From the IMG/VR virus record IMGVR_UViG_3300045988_173145: a stretch of DNA of 43,226 nucleotides. One strand, written 5' to 3'. The notes under the pieces are model-generated. The model did no database searches and was not told the DNA's origin. It was given only the letters and a program-made list of their open reading frames with translations. The translations under genes and the position numbers were made by a program. Source of the stretch: a virus. Positions 42,247 through 43,226 of this stretch are shown one piece after another (position 1 is the first letter of the stretch; each line of letters begins with the position of its first letter).

Positions 42247-42597
42247 ATGAAAATGAGCACCGCCATCCACCGCACCGAGGATCCCACCTTCGAGACCGTC
42301 GAGTTCGGCGCAGTCTACTCCGTTCGAGGCACCGATACAGTGGAGCCCTGGGTCCCCCGCAATATCGGCGACGCCTACGGTGTCGACTCCATCGAGCCGC
42401 TGGACGTTCCCGCCGGATGGGACGACGCCTACGAGTACGCAATTGCCGACAAGCACATTTGGCTTCGCATCGCCCGCCTCGCCCGGGAGGCCTATCTCGC
42501 TCATGCCATCCTCGAGGTCTCTATCGTCCCCGTTGAGGACGAGGAGATGGACACCGAGTCATGCGCTCTGCTGTACCGCTTCACCCGGCCCTACTGA
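42247..42597 (+). CDS. Hypothetical acidic protein
   Basis: 116 aa. RBS-like AAAAAGAAAGAAC ATG. Followed by a hairpin. Confidence 0.55.
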   Translation: MKMSTAIHRTEDPTFETVEFGAVYSVRGTDTVEPWVPRNIGDAYGVDSIEPLDVPAGWDDAYEYAIADKHIWLRIARLAREAYLAHAILEVSIVPVEDEEMDTESCALLYRFTRPY

Positions 42598-42618
42598 CTC
42601 GACTGTCCTGAGGATGAC

Positions 42619-42651
42619 GAGGCCCCGCCTTCGAAGGGGAGGTGGGGCCTC
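42619..42651 (+). terminator. Hairpin after the rightward two-gene unit
   Basis: gaggcccc (42619-42626) pairs with ggggcctc (42644-42651), with an inner cct/agg stem. No U-tract. Confidence 0.4.
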
Positions 42652-42948
42652 AGTGCGTCTCGAACGGTTGAAGGGCGGTGTGTGGCTGGGGGCAGCACTA
42701 GTCACTACGATGCCGATCTCTCACAGTTCCTGTTAACCTCCTGTTTACTTCGTTCACCTCTCGTTTACTTTCTATGCATGTGGGTTGTTTGCTAGCAACC
42801 TGCTTTCTAGAGCAAAAACACCCGTTTGTGTTACTACAATGTTGGTGCGTGTCGTCACACTTTCTGCCCTTGTAGCAAGGGATTGTGTCAGTGTGTTTCG
42901 CGTGATTGCAACGTTTAGTCCCCGTTTACAGTTGTTTGTTGGCAGTGT

Positions 42949-42977
42949 TTGTTGCGGTGACTTTGGTCCCGTATGCT
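42949..42977 (+). promoter_or_regulatory. Candidate promoter TTGTTG-17-TATGCT
   Basis: -35 at 42949-42954, a 17-nt spacer and -10 at 42972-42977. Confidence 0.3.
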
Positions 42978-42983
42978 ACACTC

Positions 42984-43073
42984 GAGTAGACGAATCGTCG
43001 AAGACGATCGGCGGCGCAGCCGCTGAGGAGCCCTAGCGACGCAAGCGAGCGTCAGCGCCGCCGGGTGTTTTCG
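42984..43073 (+). ncRNA. Candidate small non-coding RNA of about 90 nt (promoter to terminator)
   Basis: Bounded by the candidate promoter above and the only U-tailed hairpin of the region. It contains an additional small hairpin (atcgtc gaa gacgat). Confidence 0.3.
43010..43073 (+). terminator. Intrinsic terminator with a U-tract
   Basis: ggcggcgcagccgct (43010-43024) pairs with agcgtcagcgccgcc (43048-43062) at 13 of 15 positions, followed by GGGTGTTTTCG. Confidence 0.55.
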
Positions 43074-43171
43074 AAGGGCTCGCCACTGTGTTGGGCCCAA
43101 CCTATACTCTTAAAAGAGTACTAGAATTAGATACTGTCTAGCTGTGTTAGGCAGTGTTTAATTAGGTGATG

Positions 43172-43226
43172 CGTGTTATGACGTAATTAGGGACACACAG
43201 TGTTCAAAGAGGAATGCTGTGATCGT
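43172..43226. repeat. Exact 55-bp duplicate of the window start
   Basis: Identical to bases 1-55. Confidence 0.95.

Noticed and set aside
42785-43036. 83-aa Cys/Val/Phe-rich ORF in the G+T-rich arm.
   Set aside because: It has a non-ATG start and no RBS, its composition is driven by the G+T bias, and its stop lies in the loop of a terminator hairpin. It is more likely non-coding.
1-43226. Lysogeny module, tRNAs, reverse transcriptase/DGR, toxin-antitoxin pairs and recognisable defence or anti-defence families.
   Set aside because: No ORF shows integrase (tyrosine or serine), CI/Cro-like HTH repressor, RT (YxDD) or other signatures that I could recognise by eye. Absence is provisional without HMM searches.
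43172-43226. Interpreting the 55-bp end duplication as a biological direct terminal repeat.
   Set aside because: Its exact identity and its round, assembler-like length favour a circularisation artefact. It cannot be excluded without read data, so it is kept only as a low-interest finding.

Overview
This window is a complete, circularly closed genome of a tailed dsDNA phage with siphovirus-type architecture. Bases 1-55 repeat exactly at 43172-43226, leaving about 43,171 unique bp.

Gene layout:
- Plus strand 322-21867 (structural genes): HNH endonuclease, large terminase, portal, MuF-like head protein, scaffold, HK97-type major capsid, connector proteins and major tail protein. These are followed by G/GT tail chaperones with a canonical -1 slippery site and a 1520-aa tape measure (about nine 44-aa W-rich repeats plus an NlpC/P60 domain). 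The arm ends with Dit/Tal-position proteins, a fibre and a spherulin-4/GH135-like putative depolymerase.
- Minus strand 21944-25944: a small inverted module with dCTP deaminase and a DUF3310-like protein.
- Plus strand 26181-28952: a lysis cassette (two-domain endolysin, membrane proteins, holin-like protein) interrupted by an AT-richer moron-like insert.
- Minus strand 29051-41768: early, replication and recombination genes, namely a RuvC-like resolvase, DUF669-like SSB, Sak4-like ATPase, Cas4-like nuclease, SNF2 helicase, AEP primase and a DUF3987-like protein, plus many small ORFans.

I saw no integrase, repressor, tRNA, CRISPR array or reverse transcriptase, so the phage is probably virulent. 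GC-rich hairpin terminators without U-tails, frequent GTG/TTG starts and the gene content suggest an actinobacterial host; this is inference.

The most unusual part is about 3.2 kb spanning the circular junction (about 42650-43226 plus 1-2635). It is nearly gene-free and strongly strand-asymmetric, with about 8-9% T on the plus strand between 121 and 1680 by hand count. It is densely packed with organised elements:
- two hairpins with an identical 33-nt core and covarying outer stems
- T-free purine blocks
- a 4-copy CCGCCATTC motif
- a 10-bp-phased TGATCA array
- a paired 12-bp palindrome
- seven DnaA-box-like TGTGGA(A/T)AA iterons immediately upstream of the packaging genes

A second recurring element, AATGTTTCACGTGAAACATT, marks both convergent-transcription junctions.

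All functional calls rest on motifs I recognised by eye and on synteny. No database search was possible.
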